From: Syntrophaceae bacterium
Lineage (GTDB): Bacteria > Desulfobacterota > Syntrophia > Syntrophales > UBA2185
Reading direction: 5' to 3'
Assembly: GCA_003153775.1 (NCBI GenBank)
Contig: PMBI01000062.1
Coordinates: 4,110 to 68,109 of the forward strand
Length of the DNA: 64,000 nt
A program made the translations under genes and the position numbers. Position 1 is the stretch's first letter. Every line of letters starts with the position of its first letter. Positions 17,377 to 25,000 of the stretch are shown one piece after another. Under the pieces are notes generated by a model. The model had not been told where the DNA came from. It saw only the letters and a list, made by a program, of their open reading frames with translations, and searched no databases.

Positions 17377-18270
17377 TTATTTTGAGGAATCAGGGACGCG
17401 AAAGGAAAACTCGTTTAAACAGCCGCGCTCCAGATCAACATGGATCATTCTCTCCCGGAAAATATTCCCGCGCCCCAACAGGATTTTCAGGACTTCCATT
17501 ACTTGAAAGGCGGCTATGACAAAAGGCGTAACACCGGGGACGCCAAGAACGGCCTGCGGACTTTCCCTGTCTATGCGTTTTGCCTCCTCTGCCCCGTAGA
17601 TATTCTTAAGACCGGCATCACTCGGGAAAATAGTCATGACCCAGCCTTCAAAACCCGCCAGCGTGCCGTGCACGAGCGGGATTCCCAGGTTTCTTGCCGC
17701 CCCTTCCAGAAGAAACCGATCCGGCACATTATCGAGCGCATCGACAATTGCATCAGACCCGGCAAGAATCCCTTCGCAATTGGAAGCATCGAGCTTGATC
17801 TGGTGGGGAAAAACATTTACCCCCGGATTGACGGCTGCAACAGCAGAGACTGCTGCGTACACCTTCGGCGTTCCAAGTGTATTGACATTGCACAAAGCCT
17901 GGCGGTTCAGGTTCGTTTCATCAAAAACGTCCTGATCGACGACTGCCAGGGAACCGATGCCAACTCTTGCAAGTAACAAAATAACATTTCCGCCCAAGCC
18001 CCCGGCGCCGACTACAGCAATCTTCGACTCGGCCAGTTTAAGCTGCTCTTCCGGGGATATTGCATCCAGGTTCCGGATGTAGCGCAATGGATAGATGCCA
18101 ATTTTCAGCATCTCCATGTATATCTCATGAACACTGATGCGATATTCATCTGCGATCGATAGGGCATCATGATCTTTCAGGGTCTGCAAACTGCGCCCCG
18201 CAGGGTCCGTGATGCCTGCGGCTTTATCCCGAATCGATCCATGCAATTCTTTTTTCTTATCCTGATTCAC
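17377..18270 (-). CDS. ThiF/MoeB/HesA family E1-like adenylyltransferase
   Basis: 297 aa. Rossmann motif VVGAGGLGGNVILLLARVGIGSLAVVDQDVFDETNLNRQ. No rhodanese domain and no CxxC zinc pairs seen. About 75-aa N-terminal extension. Confidence 0.85.
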   Translation of the reverse strand: MNQDKKKELHGSIRDKAAGITDPAGRSLQTLKDHDALSIADEYRISVHEIYMEMLKIGIYPLRYIRNLDAISPEEQLKLAESKIAVVGAGGLGGNVILLLARVGIGSLAVVDQDVFDETNLNRQALCNVNTLGTPKVYAAVSAVAAVNPGVNVFPHQIKLDASNCEGILAGSDAIVDALDNVPDRFLLEGAARNLGIPLVHGTLAGFEGWVMTIFPSDAGLKNIYGAEEAKRIDRESPQAVLGVPGVTPFVIAAFQVMEVLKILLGRGNIFRERMIHVDLERGCLNEFSFRVPDSSK

Positions 18271-18449
18271 TCTCGTTCCTCGTCAATGCATTGTATTTTA
18301 CCATGCTGCATATCTCATAGACCATTCCTGTCCGATGGGCAATAAGATAAATCGGTTGACCACTTCACTTTATAAAATGATTGAGGTGCGGAGCAATAAG
18401 ATTTATAATAAACAATATACTCGTAGAAAATTGTTATCCCGACCACAGT

Positions 18450-18692
18450 ATGAAGGTTGAATTAAATCTATTTGCTTCTCTCGCGCGTTATGCACCGGAT
18501 AAGACCGGAAGCCACGGACATCTTATTCTGGACGCAGCCGAAGGGACAACGATCATGGAACTCCTCAAGCGCCTGGAACTCCCCCTTGAGAAAATCAAAA
18601 TGATTTTTTTGAACGGCCTGCACGCCACAGGCGATGAAGTGTTAAAAGAAGGGGACAGGGTGGGTGTATTTCCGCCCGTAGCGGGAGGTTAG
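18450..18692 (+). CDS. moaD: MoaD/ThiS family sulfur-carrier (ubiquitin-like) protein ending in GG
   Basis: 80 aa from ATG 18450. C-terminus ..LKEGDRVGVFPPVAGG-stop is the diagnostic terminal Gly-Gly. Confidence 0.85.
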   Translation: MKVELNLFASLARYAPDKTGSHGHLILDAAEGTTIMELLKRLELPLEKIKMIFLNGLHATGDEVLKEGDRVGVFPPVAGG

Positions 18693-19327
18693 ACAATTTT
18701 CACCTGTAAGAATATATCTCCCCCTCCCCAATCCATTTCCAGAAGTTGTTTGAACTCAAATTTCCGGCCGTCTGCAAGGACCTCCCCGCAGCCTCTTTCG
18801 AAATCATCTGCCCGGGCTTTGAGGACATCCTTAACCTTGTTGCTTTCGACCTGGATGCCATGTTCTAAAAAGACCGGCCCCAGTTCCTGAAGCGGCATGT
18901 TGAAAAGTTTCACTAAAATCTTGCCGGACTGCATGGAAGCCGATGTTGTCTCCCCCTTGAAAGAGATCTGGTCGCGCATGGCCGCATAGTAGCCCCCTTT
19001 GCGCAGCACCGCCCCGGCCAAACCCGGCATGGCGGCGGAGAGGGAAAGCGTGGCTCCATCTTCGATTACGGTTTTCTCCACATCATCGACCACATCTCCA
19101 TCCAGGAATATCGTTTGGATCCTCTTTTCAAGATATTCCGGCGCCAGGCCGAATTGTTCACAGAGAAATGATTTAACGCTGCATCCGACATATCCCTTGA
19201 TCCAAAATCCGTTCTGCAAAAGCTGAGAAAAGGCCGGGATCAGGCCGGCTTTGACTGTCAGTGAAATGTGTCTGGGAGAGGTACGCTCGGGAATCGTCCT
19301 GCCATGGGATTTCTCAGGATGGGTCAT
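18689..19327 (-). CDS. Hypothetical protein; N-terminal ~100 aa beta-grasp-like, C-terminal domain unknown
   Basis: 212 aa with a very strong Shine-Dalgarno sequence (GGAGGAGGTG 6 nt upstream of ATG 19327). It lies 81 nt downstream of AOR on the same strand. The segment ..RIQTIFLDGDVVDDVEKTVIEDGATLSLSAAMPG resembles the C-terminal strands of ThiS/MoaD but has no terminal GG. Confidence 0.7.
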   Translation of the reverse strand: MTHPEKSHGRTIPERTSPRHISLTVKAGLIPAFSQLLQNGFWIKGYVGCSVKSFLCEQFGLAPEYLEKRIQTIFLDGDVVDDVEKTVIEDGATLSLSAAMPGLAGAVLRKGGYYAAMRDQISFKGETTSASMQSGKILVKLFNMPLQELGPVFLEHGIQVESNKVKDVLKARADDFERGCGEVLADGRKFEFKQLLEMDWGGGDIFLQVKIV

Positions 19328-19408
19328 CTACGACACCTCCTCCGGATAAACGAATGGGGTGGTCCGTTTCCGGCCACCCCGTCGAATGCATGCTATGAAA
19401 GACTCTTA

Positions 19409-21142
19409 CTACCAGTTGTACACCTTGTCCAGATCTTCGTCCGTCACCTGGAACGTCACATTATGGGGTGGAAGGGGTTCCTTCTTGAAATACTCGGGCA
19501 GCCGGTCATGTTTTGCCGTGAAACCCGCGCGGGCATTGAAGTCCCGCTCCATCTTCAGCACACTCTTGCCGAGCGCGACCACGTCATCGGCGGTCAGGTT
19601 CAGCCCATAAAAGGCATTGAGCATGTCGATAAGCGCCTGGAATGTGTCCGGCTGATCCAGGACAGCGAAGGCAATGAAGAGACACATGCCTGTGGAGTCA
19701 ATGGCTGCGGTGGCGATCTGAAGATTTCTCGAGAGGTCGATCTGCCCTTCCGGCTTCAGTGGATCCACATATCCCCCCACCTTGAGGATATTAGTCGCGA
19801 CTGCATATCCGGCCGTGTGATCGGCCCCCATCGTACTTGTGGCATAGGTGACCCCGATGCCCTGAACAGCGCGTGGGTCATATGCCGGCATGGCCTGACT
19901 CTTGACCACGGGTACCCTTTCGATGCCGAACACCTTGCCGGTCACGGCGGCCCCGTTTCCCAGTATCCGCCCCAGGTCTGTGCCTTTCCCTACTTCCTTG
20001 ACGAGCCTGATCGCGGCCTCGGCATCGCCGAATTTTGCCAGCCCTGCCTCCATGGCAACCCCAATGGTTGCTCCCATCTCGATGGTATCAACGCCATAAT
20101 CGTCGTCCAGGCGGTCCATCATGGCAATCGCATCCAGGTCATCGATACCGCAGTTCGCGCCGTGGGCCCAGACGGTTTCATATTCCGGTTGCTTGGTCAG
20201 GTAATGACCATCCTTGTCCATGTATACACCTGAACATTGGATCACGCACCCCCGGTGACAGCCATGCGTGGGAATGCCGCCGCGTGCCTTTTCCGTTTCC
20301 GCCTGCGTTTCCCCGCTGATCTTGGAGGTTCCCGGAAAGCGTCCCACAAGGAAGTTATTGGTCGGATATGCGCCTGCTTCATTGATGACGTTCGCCAGTA
20401 TGTTGGTTCCGAACGCGGGAAGTCCCTCGCCGGTAACGGGATGTTTCCTGAGGCCGTCAACAAATGTCTTATTGGCTGTTCTGAGCTTCTCCGGGTCTTT
20501 CGCAGTGCGATTCGACAAACCCGTATCGTCAAGCACTATGACCTTTACACCCTTGGAGCCCATCACCGCCCCGGGACCGCCCCTCCCGGCATGCCGGGTA
20601 GGCCGCTGTTCCATATCGGTAAAGGCCACTGAGGCGGCGGACATTTTCATCTCGCCCGCAGGTCCGATGGAGATGCACGCGATCTTGTCGCCATACTCCT
20701 TCTTCATTTTTTCTACCAGATCATAATTGCCGAGCATGCAGAGGCTGCTGTCGGGTGTTATCTTCACGCCGTCTTTGTTGATAAATATTTTATAAAGTTC
20801 GCCTGCTTTGGGCTTTCCTTCCAGGATGATCGCCTGATAGCCCAATCTCGCGAGCACCTGGGAGGCCTGCCCTCCCGAGTTGGACTCTTTGATGCCGCCT
20901 GTCAACGGACTCTTGCAGCCCACTGAGATGCGGCCCGATTGAGCGGCGCTCGTTCCGCTCAGCAGTCCCGGCGCGATAACAAGCTTATTGTCCTCGCTCA
21001 ATGGATGACATAACGGGGGCACTTCCTTGGATATAACGGAGGAGGTGAGCGCCCGTCCTCCCAACCCTGCATATTCCCCCGATGGAACAACACTTACTTT
21101 TGGACCGCCACTGGCCCCCATATCGATTCTGAGAATGTTCAT
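19409..21142 (-). CDS. aor: Aldehyde:ferredoxin oxidoreductase (tungstopterin AOR family)
   Basis: 577 aa. N-terminus MNILRIDMG..., ..GGRALTS..., ..SPLTGG..ESNSGG.., plus the C-terminal AOR domains 2/3 pattern. AAGGAGG Shine-Dalgarno sequence upstream. Confidence 0.92.
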   Translation of the reverse strand: MNILRIDMGASGGPKVSVVPSGEYAGLGGRALTSSVISKEVPPLCHPLSEDNKLVIAPGLLSGTSAAQSGRISVGCKSPLTGGIKESNSGGQASQVLARLGYQAIILEGKPKAGELYKIFINKDGVKITPDSSLCMLGNYDLVEKMKKEYGDKIACISIGPAGEMKMSAASVAFTDMEQRPTRHAGRGGPGAVMGSKGVKVIVLDDTGLSNRTAKDPEKLRTANKTFVDGLRKHPVTGEGLPAFGTNILANVINEAGAYPTNNFLVGRFPGTSKISGETQAETEKARGGIPTHGCHRGCVIQCSGVYMDKDGHYLTKQPEYETVWAHGANCGIDDLDAIAMMDRLDDDYGVDTIEMGATIGVAMEAGLAKFGDAEAAIRLVKEVGKGTDLGRILGNGAAVTGKVFGIERVPVVKSQAMPAYDPRAVQGIGVTYATSTMGADHTAGYAVATNILKVGGYVDPLKPEGQIDLSRNLQIATAAIDSTGMCLFIAFAVLDQPDTFQALIDMLNAFYGLNLTADDVVALGKSVLKMERDFNARAGFTAKHDRLPEYFKKEPLPPHNVTFQVTDEDLDKVYNW

Positions 21143-21246
21143 ACATGCCCTCCTTTCCCGGTGAGATCTCGCGAAGACTCAAGGACACACCCGTCCTAAA
21201 TCCTGGCAAGAGTTATAGGTAAACAAAAGAGTAGATTCATTCCCTC

Positions 21247-21366
21247 ATTGAAGCTCTCCGCAGCGAGCTGCGGAGGATCTTCGATTCTTAAGGAACAGTA
21301 CCGTTCGTCATTCGCTCGCTTACCCCGCAGCAAGCCGCGGGGAATGCGCTCGCTACCGAATTCAAA
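21247..21366 (+). repeat. Dispersed intergenic hairpin repeat, complete ~120-bp long form (two hairpins)
   Basis: Head ATTGAAGCTCTCCGCAGCGAGCTGCGGAGG, a 32-nt linker, then CATTCGCTCGCTTACCCCGCAGCAAGCCGCGGGGAATGCGCTCGCTACCGAATTCAAA. The 3' half matches 1-68 and head plus tail match the short copies. Confidence 0.88.
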
Positions 21367-21531
21367 TGGTCAAAAGCATGAAAAGAAGAAACTAGTGATA
21401 AACGAGACGCAAGAATGTTTCTATTCTACCTATGCAGCGAAGCTTGTCAATATGTCAGAAAACACATAACAGCCAGGAATGCGTGCGGAATCTGCCACTT
21501 TTGCATCTGCTGCGACCTCTGAAAAAACTTG

Positions 21532-21565
21532 TTTACAAGAATAATTATTATGTTATAATCATTCT
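21532..21565 (+). promoter_or_regulatory. Predicted sigma70-type promoter with overlapping Fur/PerR-box-like AT-rich inverted repeat
   Basis: TTTACA (21532-21537), 16-nt spacer, TATAAT (21554-21559). AGAATAATTATTAT / GTTATAATCATTCT (21538-21565) are 10/14 self-complementary. Lies 20 nt upstream of the Fur-family gene. Confidence 0.5.
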
Positions 21566-21584
21566 AAATTAGAAGGAACGCAGA

Positions 21585-21995
21585 ATGACATTGAAGAAGA
21601 CATACCATATGAAACTTACGCCACAGAGGCTTGCTATCCTCGAATACCTCGAGGGCAATAAGGCGCATCCTTCCGCAAGCGATATATACAAGGCAGTATC
21701 TGAGAAGTACCCGATGATGTCCTTTGCAACGGTGTATAATACGCTCGATACCTTAAGAGGGAAAAAGCACGTTCGCGAATTATCAATTGATTCTCAAAAG
21801 AAGCGTTTCGATCCGAATCTAAAACCGCACCATCATTTAATATGCCTGGAATGCAGAGCGATTACCGATGTTCACCGGAATTTTGCGCTGGATTTAACGG
21901 ACAGCGAAAGATTCGGTTACGAAATAACTGGAAACCATGTTGATTTTTACGGAGTTTGTCCGAAGTGTAAGCGGGGAAGAAGGTCCAAAATATAA
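21585..21995 (+). CDS. Fur family transcriptional regulator (PerR-like)
   Basis: 136 aa. KLTPQRLAILEYL.., winged helix, HHHLIC..C and C-terminal CPKC metal sites. Directly upstream of rubrerythrin, as in peroxide-stress operons. Confidence 0.85.
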   Translation: MTLKKTYHMKLTPQRLAILEYLEGNKAHPSASDIYKAVSEKYPMMSFATVYNTLDTLRGKKHVRELSIDSQKKRFDPNLKPHHHLICLECRAITDVHRNFALDLTDSERFGYEITGNHVDFYGVCPKCKRGRRSKI

Positions 21996-22010
21996 TTGTT
22001 AGGAGGTGGA

Positions 22011-22511
22011 ATGATGTCGAAGACAGAACAGTATCTGAAAGAAGCATTTGCGGGTGAGTCTCAGGCGAATCGCAAGTATCTGGCCTTTGCCGCCAAGGCC
22101 GACCAGGAAGGCTATCCCCAGGTTGCCCGTCTCTTCCGGGCTGCGGCGGAGGCGGAGACGATCCATGCCCATAGCCACCTGCGGGCGCTCAACGGCATAA
22201 GGAGCACGAAGGAAAATCTTATCGAGGCCGTAGCCGGCGAGACCCATGAGTTCACGAAGATGTATCCAGAGATGATCGAAGCAGCCAAGGCGGAAGGACA
22301 TAAGGCGGGACTGAGATCATTCAGCTATGCCAATGAGGTGGAAAAGATTCATGCTCAGCTCTATCAGAGTATTCTCGACAGCCTGGGGAAAGCTCAGGAG
22401 TCCTATCCCTATTATATCTGTCCGGTCTGTGGAATGACGGCGGAGAAGGAAGCGCCTGCCATATGTCCCGTGTGCGGGACCAAGGGATCGTTGTTCCGGC
22501 GTGTCGATTGA
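22011..22511 (+). CDS. rbr: Rubrerythrin
   Basis: 166 aa from ATG 22011, with AGGAGG 5 nt upstream. AFAGESQANRKYLAFA and ..EAETIHAHSH.. form the diiron four-helix bundle. C-terminal CPVCG..CPVCG is the rubredoxin-like domain. Confidence 0.93.
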   Translation: MMSKTEQYLKEAFAGESQANRKYLAFAAKADQEGYPQVARLFRAAAEAETIHAHSHLRALNGIRSTKENLIEAVAGETHEFTKMYPEMIEAAKAEGHKAGLRSFSYANEVEKIHAQLYQSILDSLGKAQESYPYYICPVCGMTAEKEAPAICPVCGTKGSLFRRVD

Positions 22512-22513
22512 TT

Positions 22514-22564
22514 GCGAATTCGGTAGCGAGCGCATTCCCGTAGCTTGCTGCGGAGAGCTTCAAT
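22514..22564 (-). repeat. Dispersed intergenic hairpin repeat, short form (only minus-orientation copy)
   Basis: The reverse complement reads ATTGAAGCTCTCCGCAGCAAGCTACGGGAATGCGCTCGCTACCGAATTCGC. It starts 3 nt after the rbr stop codon. Confidence 0.85.
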
Positions 22565-22606
22565 GCAAAGTTTCATCACTACACAGTCTCCAAAGGAGAC
22601 ATAAAC

Positions 22607-22933
22607 ATGGAAACAGAACATTTACCCATATTCCTTGAGAAAAAGAATGGAAATGTGAACGGCACCTGGATGCACGCCGATGCGCGTATTAACGCGAGGA
22701 TTCTGCCTCTCGCCTATACCTCGGATCTTGGCATTCTCAGGCTCATGGTTATCAACCTTGATAAGGCCGCGGACGTGCTTAAGAAAAAGGGGTTGATCGT
22801 CAGGCAGACGGCCGATGCCGTCGAAGTAGTTCCAGACGGGTCATGCGGACTCCTGGATATTCTCAGGATGCTCGCGGAGCATGGTGTCGACGCCGAATTG
22901 ACTGGCATAATACCGGGGATATATCAGGGCTGA
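22607..22933 (+). CDS. Hypothetical protein (possibly ACT-like small-molecule binding fold)
   Basis: 108 aa with a good Shine-Dalgarno sequence (AAAGGAGA). No motif I can assign; the ACT-like guess rests only on size and beta-alpha-beta-like pattern. Confidence 0.55.
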   Translation: METEHLPIFLEKKNGNVNGTWMHADARINARILPLAYTSDLGILRLMVINLDKAADVLKKKGLIVRQTADAVEVVPDGSCGLLDILRMLAEHGVDAELTGIIPGIYQG

Positions 22934-22944
22934 TGATATCTATT

Positions 22945-22961
22945 CCTGCCGGTACGGCAGG
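22945..22961. terminator. Short hairpin between convergent genes (weak terminator candidate)
   Basis: CCTGCCG-GTA-CGGCAGG gives a 7-bp stem. No flanking T tract. Confidence 0.3.
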
Positions 22962-22973
22962 CACAGGTGCAAA

Positions 22974-24227
22974 TTACGTACTGAGGCTCCGGTAAAAATC
23001 GGCCTGATAAGTCTCATCCAACGGCCGCCGGGGCCATTCTTTTTCCGTCAGGTAGTGGATATATTTAAGCGTGACAAATCCGTCAAACCAGCGGTGGAAG
23101 GCGGCAAGCACCGCGTCTTCGGTCTTATATTGCCGCTGGAACCGTCCCCAGATGTCAGGAAATCCGCGACTCTCCAGAAATTCCCTGGTCGAGGGATTCT
23201 TAAGTTCGGCGTAAATCCGGTCAGCCCCGGCATCAGTATAAGTTGATACTGCCGTAAGGAGTTCCCGCAGACACATGAACGCCCGAAAATCATATGCCAG
23301 GAGAGGCCCTCTACCACTGACGGCTGCTTCCGCCATGCGCTTGCCGGTGCCGAATGGTACACGCCGGGAAATGCGCGCGGAAGGGAAGACCATTGTCTTT
23401 TGTATTTCACAGATAGCGCCCTTTTTCGCAAGCTCTACACAGAAGTAGAAATCCTCTCCCGCCTGCCTGCGGGCGGAGAAGCCGCCGGCGCGGATATAAC
23501 CGGAAGCGGTAAAGCAGAGGCAGGAGCCAATGGTATGAAAGGCGTAGGATGAACCAGCCCAGCGGAGACCCTCAACATAGTAATTCAGAAATGCTTCGTA
23601 CTCGTCAATGGCAGCCTGACTCTCGGCCGAATCCGCCTTTTGGTGTTTGAAGGAAATGACTCCTCCCGTGCATCCGCTCTTCTGAAGCTCGTGCCCCGCG
23701 GTCTCCAGGTAGTCGGGGGATACGACAGTATCCGCATCAAGACTGAAAAAAATAAAATCATCGAGGGCAATCGCTTTGCCCAACTCCAATAAAAAGGCAA
23801 GCACGCTGTCGCACCCTATCTTACGGGCAAGCCCCACGCCACCCCGGGGAGGAAGTTCATGTCCCGGAGAAGACGCATCGATCCAGGCAAGCGGAAGCGT
23901 TCCATCCGCACTCTTATCTTTTAGCCAATTCAGAGTGAGCGCGTTATCATATATCTGTTCCGTGAGTTCAATCTGATTTGCTGCGTCGCCCGATTCCCGC
24001 AGGCGGTTATTCACGACCACCAGGACAAGGGTGTCGCCGAGAATATCCCGGGGCATGCTGCTCGAAAGTGATTCGATAGTCAAGGGCAGGTGCGCCCTTT
24101 CCGCCAATGCAGGGATCACTACTGCGCGCCGATAGTTCCGGCTGCGGTCGAACCGCCCTTCAATAGGACGGACTGCCGCCCTCTTCTTCATATATTTCAC
24201 TTGAATTCCCTTATCGCGCTTTTTCAT
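22974..24227 (-). CDS. Glycosyltransferase family 2-like protein
   Basis: About 417 aa. VVIPALAE..LVLVVVNN.. and SLDADT.. fit the GT-A fold, followed by ..AGEDFYF... Start is uncertain (ATGs at 24299, 24227, 24191). 24299 would overlap the predicted lexA -35 element. Confidence 0.7.
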   Translation of the reverse strand: MKKRDKGIQVKYMKKRAAVRPIEGRFDRSRNYRRAVVIPALAERAHLPLTIESLSSSMPRDILGDTLVLVVVNNRLRESGDAANQIELTEQIYDNALTLNWLKDKSADGTLPLAWIDASSPGHELPPRGGVGLARKIGCDSVLAFLLELGKAIALDDFIFFSLDADTVVSPDYLETAGHELQKSGCTGGVISFKHQKADSAESQAAIDEYEAFLNYYVEGLRWAGSSYAFHTIGSCLCFTASGYIRAGGFSARRQAGEDFYFCVELAKKGAICEIQKTMVFPSARISRRVPFGTGKRMAEAAVSGRGPLLAYDFRAFMCLRELLTAVSTYTDAGADRIYAELKNPSTREFLESRGFPDIWGRFQRQYKTEDAVLAAFHRWFDGFVTLKYIHYLTEKEWPRRPLDETYQADFYRSLST

Positions 24228-24292
24228 AACCCGTGATTCATTACCACGCCGCTCCTCATGGTGGCAATGCAGTATTCGTGACAAAATTTTTC

Positions 24293-24322
24293 TTGACATT
24301 AGAACGTCGGTTCTAATAGAAT
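24293..24322 (+). promoter_or_regulatory. lexA promoter with embedded Cheo-type LexA box
   Basis: TTGACA (24293-24298), 18-nt spacer, TAGAAT (24317-24322). The perfect palindrome TAGAAC-GTCG-GTTCTA (24300-24315) fills the spacer. The -10 element ends 6 nt before the lexA ATG. Confidence 0.6.
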
Positions 24323-24328
24323 TCCATC

Positions 24329-24919
24329 ATGGAAGAAGGAAGAAGAACAATCAAAACCGTAGAGAAACAAATCGCCGCATCTTTCCGGGAGAACAGGCGG
24401 ATGCCGACGTATTCCGAGATGCTCCATATCCTCGGTGTGCGGTCTAAGAGCGTTGTCCATTTCTGGGTAAATAAGCTTCTCGCCAAAGGATTGCTGGAAA
24501 AAGATGCGCAGGGATATTTGAGGCCGGCGCGCCGCTCGCTTGCCTTGCCCATGGTCGGAGATGTCGCCGCCGGCTTCCCCTCTCCCGCTGAAGAAGAAAT
24601 CCGTGATGTCATCTCCTTCGATGAGTACCTTATTGCCCGGCCGGGATCTTCTTTTCTTCTCACCGTCAGCGGCGACTCCATGACGGGAGCGGGCATCATG
24701 GAGGGTGACCTCGTCATTGTGGAAAAGGGGCGGGAACCGCGAAACGGCGATATTGTCATTGCTGAAGTGGACGGTGAATGGACGATAAAATATTTCCGGA
24801 AAGAAGGAAGGAGTACCATCCTCGAGGCAGCCAATCCGAAATATAAGACCATCAGACCGAAATCACAACTGCGCATAGGCGGCGTCGTTACGGCAGTGAT
24901 AAGAAAATACTATAAGTAA
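24329..24919 (+). CDS. lexA: LexA repressor (S24 peptidase)
   Basis: 196 aa. Winged-helix N domain, cleavage site VAAG, catalytic Ser in VSGDSM and Lys in EWTIKYF. Confidence 0.93.
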   Translation: MEEGRRTIKTVEKQIAASFRENRRMPTYSEMLHILGVRSKSVVHFWVNKLLAKGLLEKDAQGYLRPARRSLALPMVGDVAAGFPSPAEEEIRDVISFDEYLIARPGSSFLLTVSGDSMTGAGIMEGDLVIVEKGREPRNGDIVIAEVDGEWTIKYFRKEGRSTILEAANPKYKTIRPKSQLRIGGVVTAVIRKYYK

Positions 24920-24923
24920 ATTT

Positions 24924-24975
24924 ATTGATGCTCTCCGCAGCAAGCGGAGGTGTTTGCGCTCGCCACTGAATTCAC
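24924..24975 (+). repeat. Dispersed intergenic hairpin repeat, short form
   Basis: ATTGATGCTCTCCGCAGCAAGCGGAGGTGTTTGCGCTCGCCACTGAATTCAC. Stem CTCCGC/GCGGAG. Starts 5 nt after the lexA stop. Confidence 0.8.
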
Positions 24976-25000
24976 CTTTTGCATTTTCAGGATACTTAAG

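Noticed and set aside
21248-21469. ORFs beginning MKLSAAS.. or containing MRSLPNS.. (21248-21469, 22321-22563, 22317-22535, 54861-55112).
   Set aside because: The shared peptides are just translations of the dispersed repeat in different contexts. Similarity ends exactly at the repeat borders, so they are not a protein family.
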